NCBI GenBank assembly: GCA_947254595.1
Contig: CAMYED010000001.1
Location: forward strand, 1 to 52,048
DNA length: 52,048 nucleotides
From: an uncultured Gardnerella sp.
GTDB taxonomy: Bacteria; Actinomycetota; Actinomycetes; Actinomycetales; Bifidobacteriaceae
Reading direction: 5' to 3'
The notes under the pieces were generated by a model. The model searched no databases, was not told the origin of the DNA, and worked only from the letters and a program-made list of their open reading frames with translations. The translations under genes were made by a program, and so were the position numbers. Of this stretch, positions 19,807-29,434 are shown one piece after another. The stretch's first letter is position 1; every line of letters begins with the position of its first letter.

Positions 19807-21264
19807 TCAAGACTCATCAATATTCGGGTGAATTACTGCGCGCTGCTCCTTCGGCTTTTTTAAGTCCGGATTCACATGCTCAACAAGCATCGTACGAGCG
19901 TCACCCGCTGTAACAAAACTGCCGCAAATAAGCACTCCGTGACCGTAGCCAACTCCAAGCTCATCATCCTCATCAACCAAATTCACAGCCGTTTGAATAG
20001 CATCCGGCAACTCGTCAACACGAATCACGCGATCTTTACCAAAAACTCCTACAGCAACCTTTTCAAGATCTTCCGGATCCATCACACGGTCCCTCCAAGA
20101 ATTGCTAGTAACAATAATCTTCGTCAAAATAGGCTCAAGCACACCCAAATATTCTTCAACCTGCTTATCCGCCATCATTGCAACAACGCCAATAAGCTGC
20201 TCAAAATGATAGTTTTCTTCAATAGTTTCACGAAGAGACTCAGCAGCATTCACATTATGACCACCGTCAACAATAATCGTTGGCGAAGTACGAACCTGCT
20301 CGATTCTTCCAGGAACCTTAACCTGGCTTAAAGCTTCAGCAACCAAATCGCCGTCCAAAGCACCATTCACCGGTAACACAACTTCAGCCGCAGCGAGCGC
20401 AGCCAAAGCGTTATGCGCCTGATGCTTACCAAACTTGTCAACCGGAACATCCTCATACGTGCCAAGAGGAGTGCGCAAAGTAACAACCTGACCGCCAACC
20501 GCAGGAGTGCGCGAAACAACTTCAAGCTCGCCGTCACCATAAGAAGAATCACGCAACAATTTAGCATTATTACGCTCCGCGACTTCCCTAATAATTGGCA
20601 AAACCTTGTCTTCATGCGGCTGAGGGCCTAAAATCACTGTGCAATTCGGCTTAATAATGCCGGCCTTCGTGCGCGCAATCTCCTCAACAGTGTTCCCAAG
20701 CCACTGCATGTGATCCATATCCACAGGCCCAATAATTGCAGCATCCGCGTTCATAACATTCGTAGCATCCCATTCGCCGCCCATGCCAACTTCCATAACA
20801 GCAACGTCAACAGGAGCGTCTGCAAAAGCCCAAATCGCCATGGCTGTAAGCACTTCAAAAAAGCTCATTTTTGGCTTACCGTCAGCCTCCATGCGAGCAT
20901 CAACCATGTCGATAATATCTTTCATTTGATCCCAAACGTCAATAAAATCGTCATCGCTGATTTCTTGGCCATCAATCATAATGCGCTCATTTATGCGCTC
21001 CAAATGCGGAGAAGTATAAAGACCCGTACGCAAACCGTAAGCGCGGCAAATCGACTCAGCCATACGAGCCGTAGAACCCTTACCATTCGTACCAGTAATG
21101 TGAATAACGTGCATAGACTTTTCCGGATGACCAAGAATATCGAGAATTAAACGCATCCTATCCAAATCAAGATTAGTTTTATTATGCTCAGGAGCGCGGC
21201 TCATAATATTACGCTCAATATCAACAATTCGTTCACCGTTACGATTTGGATTTTCCATAGACAT
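19807..21264 (-). CDS. folC: Folylpolyglutamate synthase/dihydrofolate synthase
   Basis: GTNGKGST, YTSPHL, EVGMGG, DATN, DMDH, VPGR, DGGHN. Confidence 0.95.
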   Translation of the reverse strand: MSMENPNRNGERIVDIERNIMSRAPEHNKTNLDLDRMRLILDILGHPEKSMHVIHITGTNGKGSTARMAESICRAYGLRTGLYTSPHLERINERIMIDGQEISDDDFIDVWDQMKDIIDMVDARMEADGKPKMSFFEVLTAMAIWAFADAPVDVAVMEVGMGGEWDATNVMNADAAIIGPVDMDHMQWLGNTVEEIARTKAGIIKPNCTVILGPQPHEDKVLPIIREVAERNNAKLLRDSSYGDGELEVVSRTPAVGGQVVTLRTPLGTYEDVPVDKFGKHQAHNALAALAAAEVVLPVNGALDGDLVAEALSQVKVPGRIEQVRTSPTIIVDGGHNVNAAESLRETIEENYHFEQLIGVVAMMADKQVEEYLGVLEPILTKIIVTSNSWRDRVMDPEDLEKVAVGVFGKDRVIRVDELPDAIQTAVNLVDEDDELGVGYGHGVLICGSFVTAGDARTMLVEHVNPDLKKPKEQRAVIHPNIDES

Positions 21265-21401
21265 AACTGCACTCCCCTAAATATGCTCACTCACGAATTT
21301 TCCAACTATATAGATTAGTTTATGGCAACAACACTTACAAAAAATAATAGGTTATTTTGCATATTAATTGCTTTGTCAATAAGTTGAGTGGATATTAGTT
21401 T

Positions 21402-21643
21402 GGTAGTTACTGTACAAACGTGTAACGAAAATGTTGGAATCTAGCGAAAAATTGGCATCGGCTTTACAGTGCTGTAACGAAAGTAACGCGATCTCGCCGA
21501 AAGCCGGCATTGCCTTTACGTACGCGTAACGAAAATAACGCGCACGACTGTAGAAACGGCATTACCTGTACATCGTTGTAACGAAAATAACGCGTGTGAC
21601 CGTAGAAACGGCATTCGCTACACGCGCATGTAAAGAAACTAAC
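21402..21643 (-). repeat. 52-bp-period array B (5 units, opposite orientation to A)
   Basis: Units start 21402, 21454, 21506, 21558, 21610, e.g. GGCATTGCCTTTAC-GTACGC-GTAACGAAAATAAC. Confidence 0.9.
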
Positions 21644-21771
21644 GCGCGCTATGATTTAAGCGCTTCGGCAGTTCGTAGCGCAATGTGCGAGGAATTAAAA
21701 GTCGAATAAGTATACTTTTTGGTAACATAATAGCGATGCGTACGCGCATAGATAAAATCATGCGAATTGAA

Positions 21772-21838
21772 AATCTAAGTGCGTAAGCCTTAGTAAACTT
21801 AAGTGCGTAATGCGTAATAAACTCAAGTGCGTAAGCCG
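21772..21838. repeat. Short tandem repeat, about 24-bp period x3
   Basis: AAGTGCGTAA core three times upstream of trmB. Confidence 0.6.
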
Positions 21839-21858
21839 CGAATAACGAAAGTAATCTA

Positions 21859-22677
21859 ATGAGCAGTGAAAATGAAGACGAAAACACTATGCAAGCCAAG
21901 CAGCGCACGGTTTTGTCGTTTGTGCGCCGTTCCGGGCGTTTAGACGCGCGTTTACAGCACGCTCAGGAGCGTTATGCTGGTCAGTATCTGCTAGATGTTA
22001 CTGACGCTCCTGGCTCCTTTAGGTTGCGTGAGGGCTTTCGCGTTACGTCTGATTGGATTAATGATAAGTGGGGCAATAATAATCCACTGATTGTTGAGAT
22101 TGGTTCTGGCCAGGGTGAGAATATTGTTGCTGCGGCTGAGCGTTTGCCGGAAACTAATTTTTTGGCGCTTGAGGTTTATGATCCGGGTGTTGCGCACACG
22201 ATGCTTCTTGCTGGAAAGCAAGGTTTAACTAATCTTCGTATTGCGCAAGTTAATGCTCCTGATTTTTTTGCTGCATGTGACTGCGGTGTTTTAGAGGAGG
22301 TTTGGACTTTCTTCCCGGATCCGTGGCCTAAAATGCGTCATCATAAGCGTCGCATTGTGCAACCGGAGCTTGCTTCTTCAATACGTCAGGCGTTGCGCAA
22401 AGAGGGTGCGTGGCGTATTGCAACGGATATTGAGGATTATGCTTTGCATGTGCATGAAGTTATGGATTCTCTAGAAGATTTTGCAAATGTTGGTGAGCTA
22501 AGTGTAAGCCTTCCAACTGAGCACGTTGGTAAGGGCACTGCTGATACGGCTGTGAATCTTCCTCACGCAGATTTTACTGAATCTGAGCGTTTTGCTGGCC
22601 GTGTTCTTACGAATTTTGAGCGCAAAGGTTTGGATGCGGGCCGCATTATTCACGATTTTACTTATATTGCGCACTAA
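21859..22677 (+). CDS. trmB: tRNA (guanine-N7)-methyltransferase
   Basis: [33 protein letters not shown]. Confidence 0.95.
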   Translation: MSSENEDENTMQAKQRTVLSFVRRSGRLDARLQHAQERYAGQYLLDVTDAPGSFRLREGFRVTSDWINDKWGNNNPLIVEIGSGQGENIVAAAERLPETNFLALEVYDPGVAHTMLLAGKQGLTNLRIAQVNAPDFFAACDCGVLEEVWTFFPDPWPKMRHHKRRIVQPELASSIRQALRKEGAWRIATDIEDYALHVHEVMDSLEDFANVGELSVSLPTEHVGKGTADTAVNLPHADFTESERFAGRVLTNFERKGLDAGRIIHDFTYIAH

Positions 22678-22786
22678 AACGTAAGCTGCGCTGTGAAACA
22701 CGCTATGCGTAAGGCCTACACTGCGCAACACGCCGTGAGTTGCGCACTGCTGTTCTGAGTGTTAATATTATATGGTTTGGTTCGAA

Positions 22787-22858
22787 GCCCCCTTCGTCTA
22801 ACGGTTAGGACACCAGACTTTCAATCTGACAACAAGAGTTCGACTCTCTTAGGGGGTA
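22787..22858 (+). tRNA. tRNA-Glu (TTC)
   Basis: Cloverleaf: acceptor GCCCCCT/AGGGGGT, anticodon loop CTTTCAA, T-loop TTCGACT. Confidence 0.95.
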
Positions 22859-22866
22859 CAAATTTA

Positions 22867-22893
22867 GCGCCGCGGTTTTTCCGCGGCGTTTTT
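22867..22893 (+). terminator. Terminator after tRNA-Glu
   Basis: GCGCCGCGG-TTTTT-CCGCGGCGT followed by T-run. Confidence 0.75.
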
Positions 22894-23189
22894 GCATTTT
22901 ACGAGCCAGTTTTGCTTCAGACTTCCAGCTTACCAAGCTTACCAGCGTTTCGCACCACAGCTTCCCAACGTTTCGCACCAGCTTTCACCCCACCCCACCA
23001 TTCCACGCTTTCCTCGTTTTTTTCTATAAGACGTTATAACTTATGTCAATATACTAAATTCTATAAAATGTATATCTCGCTTCCTTTTAATGATACACTG
23101 TCTCTTTGGTGCTCCTGCCCGGGCTGCGTAGGTCAGGGAGCAATCCGTAAGTAATTTACAATGCGCAGCAGTTAAATAAAGGATCTCTA

Positions 23190-23882
23190 ATGAGCGATAT
23201 TTTTAACGCTACTAATAAAGATGAAAAAGATGAAGTGAAGTCATCTACTTCCGTAACTGATAGTGCGAATAGTAAGGCTAATTCTCAACCATTGACTGTT
23301 GCCAATTTGCGTTGGCGCGTTGCGGATATAGCTTTGGGAGCTGCTCTTTCTGCCGTTTTTGGTGTAATTCTTTTTGGCTATGGGTTGGTGTTTATTCCAC
23401 TGATTCGCACTATTAATGCGGCTATTCTTCCTGGTTTTGCAAGCATTACTCACGGCGTGTGGTATTTGTCCGGAACTCTTGCGGTTCTTTTAATTCGTAA
23501 GCCTGGTTCTGCAGTGTATGTGAACGTGGTTGCGGCTTTTGTTCAGGTTTTGCTTGGTTCTCCGTTTAGCATTAGGGATACTGTTATTTCTGCTTTGCTG
23601 CAGGGTGTTTTTGCAGAATTGCCATTCTTGGTTCTTAAGTATCGAAAGTTTAATTTGACTTTGAGCTCTCTTTCTGGATTGCTTGTTGCTTTTGAATATG
23701 GCGTATTCTTGTGCTTCACTAAGTATCAGGCTAAGGCTCCAACTTATATTACTGTTCATATGATTACGGAGATTATTAGCGGCTTGCTGCTTTCTGGCGT
23801 ACTTGTTTGGTTTGTGTATTTGGCTTTGCGTGCTACAGGCGCTCTTGATAACTTTGCTTCTGGACGTACTGCACTTGCATAA
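23190..23882 (+). CDS. ECF transporter substrate-binding (S) component, YkoE-like
   Basis: LRWRVADI, IRKPGSA, QGVFAEL, ATGALDNF; multiple TM helices. Confidence 0.8.
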   Translation: MSDIFNATNKDEKDEVKSSTSVTDSANSKANSQPLTVANLRWRVADIALGAALSAVFGVILFGYGLVFIPLIRTINAAILPGFASITHGVWYLSGTLAVLLIRKPGSAVYVNVVAAFVQVLLGSPFSIRDTVISALLQGVFAELPFLVLKYRKFNLTLSSLSGLLVAFEYGVFLCFTKYQAKAPTYITVHMITEIISGLLLSGVLVWFVYLALRATGALDNFASGRTALA

Positions 23883-23958
23883 ATGGCCGAATTCGACTCA
23901 CTAGGTTGGCAACGTTTATGGGTGTGTGCTAATCTAGCTTTTGCCGAGTTTTCGGCGT

Positions 23959-24032
23959 GGGGCTTTAGCTCAGTCGGTTAGAGCAGCGGACTCATAATCC
24001 GTCGGTCCAGGGTTCAAGCCCCTGAGGCCCCA
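23959..24032 (+). tRNA. tRNA with CAT anticodon, probably tRNA-Ile2 (lysidine) rather than Met
   Basis: Acceptor GGGGCTT/AGGCCCC, anticodon arm GCGGA-CTCATAA-TCCGT; paired 1-72 and no GGG/CCC stem, so not an initiator. Confidence 0.9.
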
Positions 24033-24038
24033 CAAAAT

Positions 24039-24082
24039 AACGCCACTTCGCTAGCTTAGCTAGCTTAACGAAGTGGCGTTTT
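24039..24082. terminator. Bidirectional terminator between tRNA and kinase
   Basis: AACGCCACTTCG...CGAAGTGGCGTTTT. Confidence 0.75.
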
Positions 24083-24186
24083 CAGTTTTATTTTTCAGTT
24101 TTATTATTTTTATTTTTCGGCGCTACTTCCAGCACTCACTTTACGCAGATACTTTACGAAGCTACTTTACGCATCTACTTTAAGCG

Positions 24187-25083
24187 TCACTTTCCAGAGT
24201 CTGCTAAGTAATCTGGTATTTGCTTAGGATACTTTGGCCATGCGCCTTCCTGCGTGCACACGAATGCCGCCGTATTAACTGCTGCGCGATGCGCCTCCTT
24301 AAGGCTTTCGCCTTTAAGAATATGCGTTGTGAATACGCCTGAAAATGCGTCTCCTGCACCTACGGTATCTATAATATCTACGTGAGGCGTTGGAATAGTA
24401 GAACTTTCTCCAGTGCTTGTAATAATCGTGCTAAATGTGGATCCGCCTGTGAGAATCACATAGTCTAGCGCGTATCTAGCTTGGAACCAGCGGCAGGCTT
24501 CATCGTCAGAAGTGTCGCGAATGTTGAACATGTCTCTAAGCAGGAATAATTCTGAATCGTTAAGCTTAAGAACTGTTGCTTGCTGAAGAAGCGTATCAAT
24601 AAGATCCTTCGAATAGTGGTCGCTTCGAATATTAATATCGAAGAATTTCATTGCTCCAGGCTTAGTATGCTTCAACAGTTGAAGAATAGTGTCGTGCGTT
24701 TCTTGCGAGCGCAAGCTAAGCGTGCCGAAGCACACTGCGTCTGCGCGCTCTACTAAGTCAATAAGCTCTCTCGTGTAAAGAATATGATCCCACGCTATGT
24801 TTCGCAGAATCGTGTATTCTGGAATTCCGTTTTTAAGCGCTATTTCTACTGTGCTTGTTGGCCAAGCGTTTCGCTGAATAATTGAGGTAATTCCAGCCTT
24901 ATTGACTTTGTCAATTAGCTCGTCTCCAAGCTGATCTTGCCCAACTGCACTAATCATGCAGCTTTGCGCGCCGTGACATTGAGCATGGTATGCAAAATTA
25001 GCTGGTGCTCCGCCTACGCGTTTCCCGTGCGGAAGTAAATCCCATAAAAGTTCTCCTAGTGAAAGAACAATTGGCTTAGTCAT
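24187..25083 (-). CDS. PfkB-family carbohydrate kinase (fructokinase-like)
   Basis: GELLWD, GGAPANFA, FDINIR, DTVGAGDAF. Confidence 0.9.
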   Translation of the reverse strand: MTKPIVLSLGELLWDLLPHGKRVGGAPANFAYHAQCHGAQSCMISAVGQDQLGDELIDKVNKAGITSIIQRNAWPTSTVEIALKNGIPEYTILRNIAWDHILYTRELIDLVERADAVCFGTLSLRSQETHDTILQLLKHTKPGAMKFFDINIRSDHYSKDLIDTLLQQATVLKLNDSELFLLRDMFNIRDTSDDEACRWFQARYALDYVILTGGSTFSTIITSTGESSTIPTPHVDIIDTVGAGDAFSGVFTTHILKGESLKEAHRAAVNTAAFVCTQEGAWPKYPKQIPDYLADSGK

Positions 25084-26665
25084 ATATTTCCTTTCCTGCG
25101 CGGTCGGCCATCCATGCTTCTACATCGTCAATCTGCTTTGGAATGTCGATAGATAGCCATTCTGGGCCGTTTTCTGTCATTAACACATCATCTTCGATGC
25201 GGATTCCGATTCCGCGCATTTCTTCCGGTAGCATTAAATCGTTAGCTGCAAAATACAATCCTGGTTCAATTGTGAAAATCATTCCAGGCGTAATTTTTGC
25301 GCCTTGGTAAGATTCGTAGCGTGCTTGAGCACAGTCGTGTACGTCTAAGCCAAGATGGTGTGCAACTCCGCAAGCATGCCAGCGGCGGTGCTGCTGACCT
25401 TCAGGGGATAATGATTCTTCAACGCTTACTTTCAAAATTCCCCATTCGTGTAAGTGTTCTGCTAGAACGCGCATGCACGCATGGTGAATGTCGGAGTATG
25501 TTGCGCCCGGCTTGGCTGCTTCAAAGCCTGCTTGCTGGGCGTCAAGAACACACTGGTAGAGTTTCTTTTGTAGGTCTGTGAATTTTCCGTTTGTTGGGAA
25601 AGTGCGCGTAATGTCTGCTGTGTAAAGGCTGTTTACTTCAACGCCGGCGTCAATAAGAAGCAGTTCTCCGTTTGAAACTACGCCCGTGTTTCGCATCCAG
25701 TGCAAGATTGGAGCGTGCTTTCCGGAAGCAACGATTGTATCGTATCCGACTTCGTTGCCTTCCTCGCGAGCAACAGAATTAAAAGCGCCTTCAACCATTC
25801 GTTCGGAATGTTCTTTTCCAAGCGCTTGAGGCAATCGTGTAAGCATGCGGTCAAAGCCGAGTTTTGTTGCTGCAACCGCTTTGAGCATTTCTCGAATTTC
25901 GTAATCATCTTTAAGCATGCGTGCTTCTGCTGCAAATTCGTGCAGTTTGTCGTCTGCGGCAATGTTGGCGTCTTCGTCAGTAAAGCCGCTCGCTTCTCGC
26001 ATTGTTTCAACTTGTGCGGTAAGCTCCGGGTCGGTTTCGCGAATAATGCGTACGCGAACGCCTTCATTATTTGCGTCGTCGCCTACGTTTTTTGCAATAG
26101 CTTCCTCGAGTTCTGCAATATCGCGCGTTTCAATGCCTGTCATTGCTTTAAGCTCTTTTAAGCCTGCACGTGGGCCAACCCAGTATTCTCCGTAGTGTGG
26201 GTCCTTGTAGAATGCGGACGTGCTGTTGTCTGCTCGCGGCGCAACGAAAAGTTCTGGAATATGCGTTTTTCCTGCTTTTGCTTCTTCGCCGTCTTCCCGA
26301 ACTGGCTCCATAACCAGTACGGCTCCGGCTTCGTAATCTTGGCCTAAGCCAGTGTAGTAAGCAAAAGTAGTGTCTGGGCGGAATGCGTAATCGCAGTCGT
26401 TGTTGCGGACTTTTGGTTGGCCGGCAGGAATAATTAGGCGCTCGCCTGGGAAGCGTTTAGAAAGAGCTTCTAAGCGTGCTGGAATGTATTTGCTGGATTC
26501 AAGAGGCTTAACTTCTGGCTCCTGATTGTCCCAGCTGCTTGTCATAAAATCTTTGAAAGAATCGCTATTTGGTCGAAGGGAACGATTGTTGACTCGGTCT
26601 TCTGCCTTTTGCGTACCGTCAGCTTTTAGTTCTTCGCCGTGCTCTGTTGGTGTATATTCTGCCAT
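25076..26665 (-). CDS. pepP: Xaa-Pro aminopeptidase (M24B)
   Basis: FRPDT, LHW, IDAG, ADITRT, HHLGLDVHD, TIEPG, GIRIEDD; start placed at MAEYTP. Confidence 0.93.
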   Translation of the reverse strand: MAEYTPTEHGEELKADGTQKAEDRVNNRSLRPNSDSFKDFMTSSWDNQEPEVKPLESSKYIPARLEALSKRFPGERLIIPAGQPKVRNNDCDYAFRPDTTFAYYTGLGQDYEAGAVLVMEPVREDGEEAKAGKTHIPELFVAPRADNSTSAFYKDPHYGEYWVGPRAGLKELKAMTGIETRDIAELEEAIAKNVGDDANNEGVRVRIIRETDPELTAQVETMREASGFTDEDANIAADDKLHEFAAEARMLKDDYEIREMLKAVAATKLGFDRMLTRLPQALGKEHSERMVEGAFNSVAREEGNEVGYDTIVASGKHAPILHWMRNTGVVSNGELLLIDAGVEVNSLYTADITRTFPTNGKFTDLQKKLYQCVLDAQQAGFEAAKPGATYSDIHHACMRVLAEHLHEWGILKVSVEESLSPEGQQHRRWHACGVAHHLGLDVHDCAQARYESYQGAKITPGMIFTIEPGLYFAANDLMLPEEMRGIGIRIEDDVLMTENGPEWLSIDIPKQIDDVEAWMADRAGKEIYD

Positions 26666-26859
26666 TATGCGACTCCTTAACACTTCTTTACACTTCTTTT
26701 GTGTGCAAATAAAATAAACTAGGCAATAAACTAGACAATAACTAACATAGTCTTATTTGCTGTTTTATGCGAGCTTTTAATTAGCGAAAATGTAATATTT
26801 TTATGTAATTTACAAAACAATTGTATGCGAGTATTAGTATTAGCTTTCTTCTTAAAAAA

Positions 26860-27300
26860 TTATAGTTTGATTAACGGTTCTTGTTTGGCGTGGCGCGAGT
26901 TTTGGGGGATTCTACTTGGCGTTGCGCGAGTTTTGGGGGATTTCTCTCCTCGAACGCCCCGTCCTTCAGTCGCTCTGGTTGCTAAAGGTTCTCATGTCTA
27001 CTTCGTTCTCTAAGAACGTTGCTCCATCAGTCCTCTTTTAGTTCTCGTAGAGAAATCCCCCAAACTCTGCGTGTCAATTCGTTAATAACCTCATCTTATC
27101 GCAGAGATTTTTCGATTTTTCTTCTTCACTCGGCGAATCAGCAGCCTGCGGCTCTGACGTTCACCTCGCTCAGTGCGAAAAATCTCAAATCTCTACCACA
27201 CTAATATCCACACGACTGAAGGACAGCAAGTATTGAGTTGTAAAATAGCCTATAGTTTGATTGACAGCTCTTGTTTGGTGTGGCGCGAGTTTTGCGCGCG
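26860..27300. mobile_element. Mosaic of nested MITE-like inverted-repeat modules, non-coding
   Basis: IR pair 26924-26956 / 27041-27072; IR pair 27101-27120 / 27178-27196; GTCCTTCAGTCG (26961) vs CGACTGAAGGAC (27213); 26861-26903 duplicated at 27251-27293. Confidence 0.6.
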
Positions 27301-27321
27301 CTTTGACAGTTCAGCACGCGC

Positions 27322-27411
27322 GTTAGTTTCGTTACAAGCGCGTACAGGGAATAACATTTCTCAAGCGCTCAAGCAGGCTGGAAAACGCGAAAACAGTAAA
27401 AACAAAAAAGC
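27322..27411 (+). repeat. 90-bp direct repeat, copy 1 (begins with a single 34-bp dyad unit, locus C)
   Basis: Aligns without gaps to 29839-29928; both copies have the core AAGCGC. Confidence 0.85.
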
Positions 27412-27457
27412 TTTCGGTTTTGAAAGAACCCCTAGTAGTCCAAACAAAACCGAAAGC
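27404..27457 (-). terminator. Intrinsic terminator (minus strand)
   Basis: GCTTTCGGTTTTG...CAAAACCGAAAGC stem followed by T-run on the minus strand. Confidence 0.65.
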
Positions 27458-27711
27458 CAACTACACTCAACAATGAAAACACCAAGCCCGCTAGAAACCA
27501 TTGCGAAAAAAGGAAATTCAGCAAAACAACGGTAACAGCCAAGCATCAATGAATCCACTACAGCAAAAAGCCCTACACTTTCCGCCTACACTATGAGTGC
27601 AAAACCATAACAAAGCAAGCACGAAACATAAACGCGCTCACCTCGAAAAGTTAGCCAGCAGACCCGCGAAGCAAAGCCGCTTTAGTAAGCCCGCCAGCCA
27701 ACAAAAGAGTA

Positions 27712-27762
27712 AACAGCCAAGTAGCCGCCAGAAACACTAAGCCTCCAGCAAACTACCTGGCC
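27712..27762 (-). terminator. Hairpin directly after the surface-protein gene
   Basis: Minus strand GCCAGGTAG...CTACTTGGC then TGTTT. Confidence 0.55.
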
Positions 27763-27777
27763 ATCCTCCCTCTCAGC

Positions 27778-29319
27778 TTAGTGACGGATCTTGCGAAGAG
27801 CAGCACCCATACCAGCAAGAACAGAAGCAGCAACAGCAGCCAAAGCTACAGCAGCACCAGTCTTAGCCAAAGGAGCAGCCTTATCAGCGCACTTCTTAGC
27901 ATCAGCCTTCTTATCAGCACCGCAAGCCTTACCGCACTTCTCAGCAGCAGCCTGAGCATCCTTACCAAACTTACCGCTCAAAGCCTGAGCATAAAGCTCC
28001 TTAGCAGAAGTAATATCTGGGAAGTTTGGAGTCAAAGGATCAGCAGTCTTTACAGGAGGAAGCAAAGCTGGGTTCACACCCATCTCAATAGCCTTATTGT
28101 AAAGACGCTTGTACTCGCTCAAAGCATGATTGTAAGCGGCAACAGAAGCAAACGCATCCTTACGAGCAGCCTCAAACTTAGCAAGAGCATCAGCAAGAGC
28201 CTTCGTAGCGCGAACAACATGAGCATTAGCACGATCAACAGCATCGCTCAACTTAGTCTCGGTAGCAGAATCGGTAGCACCCTTAGCCAAGAAATCAGTC
28301 AAAGCCTGCTTAGCAGCAGCAGCGGCAGCCGTACGAGCATTAAACTCAGCCTCAGCAGCCAACAAAGCCTTACGAGCATCCTGGTAAGCCTTGAGCTTAA
28401 CAGCATGATTATTCTCAGCATTCTGCAAGTTCATAGCAGCAAAACGAACATAATCAATAGCCTGAGACTGAGTAGTAGGGTCCAAAGCATCAGTCAAGAA
28501 GTTAAACGGATCAGAAGCTGGAGTCTGAGGAACAGGCTTTGGTTCTGGCTTTGGTTCTGGCTTAGGAGCTGGCTTCTCACCCTTCAGAGCAGCCAACTGA
28601 GCATTATAAGAGTCAAGCAAAGTCTGCTGAGTAGCAACCTTATCCTTAGCATCATTCAAAGCCTTAACAAGATCAGCGTAAGCACCATTCTTGTACTCGT
28701 CAAGAGTATCCTGAGCAGTCTCTAATTCGGACTCAGCAGCGCTCACATTACCGTCGGTAAGTGCATCAAGCTTAGCTGCAGCTCCAGTAATAGTACCAAC
28801 GAGAGCTTTAAGCTGTGCTTTAGCAGCGTCAAACTTAGATTGATCAGCATTGCCAGCCTTAGTAAGAGCTGTAACATTAGCCTGAGTTACACTAGCAGCT
28901 ACAAGCGTAGTGGAATCAGCGAAGAGAGCCTTAACATCAGTAACATACTTAGTGAAAGCAGATTCAGCATCCTTCTTAGTCTTCTCGGCAGCCTTGTATG
29001 CAGCGTGATCAGCCTTAGCCTTCTCTACAGCTTTCTTAGCCTTCTCTACAGCCTGCTCTTTTTCATCAAGATCGCCTAAACCAGCCTTATCCAAAGCCTT
29101 CTTAGCGTCCTTTACTTCCTGCTCAGCATCAGCCTTAGCCTTCTTAGCAGACTCAATCTTAGATTCAAGAGCGGCGATAGCAGCCTTATTATCAGCCTTC
29201 TGCTCAGTCTTCTGATCGCCCTTTGGAGCGTCAGCAGCGAAAGCTGGGGCGGCGAAAGCCATACCGGAAAGCAAAGTAGCGCCAGCAGCGAATGCGGCGA
29301 TAGCCTTCTTATTCAACAT
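27778..29319 (-). CDS. Secreted, sortase-anchored Ala/Lys-rich coiled-coil surface protein (513 aa)
   Basis: AGAAAGGA RBS before MLNKKAIAAFAAGATLLSGMAFAAPAFA signal peptide; PKPE linker; LAKTG + hydrophobic helix + RKIRH tail. Confidence 0.88.
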   Translation of the reverse strand: MLNKKAIAAFAAGATLLSGMAFAAPAFAADAPKGDQKTEQKADNKAAIAALESKIESAKKAKADAEQEVKDAKKALDKAGLGDLDEKEQAVEKAKKAVEKAKADHAAYKAAEKTKKDAESAFTKYVTDVKALFADSTTLVAASVTQANVTALTKAGNADQSKFDAAKAQLKALVGTITGAAAKLDALTDGNVSAAESELETAQDTLDEYKNGAYADLVKALNDAKDKVATQQTLLDSYNAQLAALKGEKPAPKPEPKPEPKPVPQTPASDPFNFLTDALDPTTQSQAIDYVRFAAMNLQNAENNHAVKLKAYQDARKALLAAEAEFNARTAAAAAAKQALTDFLAKGATDSATETKLSDAVDRANAHVVRATKALADALAKFEAARKDAFASVAAYNHALSEYKRLYNKAIEMGVNPALLPPVKTADPLTPNFPDITSAKELYAQALSGKFGKDAQAAAEKCGKACGADKKADAKKCADKAAPLAKTGAAVALAAVAASVLAGMGAALRKIRH

Positions 29320-29434
29320 AATATTTTCCTTTCTTCTTCTCCTCGTGCAGGTACACGAGAAAAAACCTAAACCCACAACACCGAAGCGTTGTGAATAACT
29401 GCCCGCAAGACTCACCAAGCTGGCAGCTGTTATT

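Noticed and set aside
21402..21643. Dyads as parS or dif sites
   Set aside because: They do not match GTTTCACGTGAAAC or the XerD arm TTATGTTAAA, and there are too many copies.
22813..22829. C-A mismatch at the top of the tRNA-Glu anticodon stem suggesting a pseudogene
   Set aside because: The rest of the cloverleaf and the terminator are intact, and a single 27-43 mismatch is tolerated.
22759..23154. 131-aa ORF, and 38552-38927 ORFs
   Set aside because: They overlap tRNA genes and terminators; spurious.
22787..24032. tRNA-flanked genomic island
   Set aside because: No integrase and no duplicated tRNA 3' end (att); only one transporter gene lies between the tRNAs.
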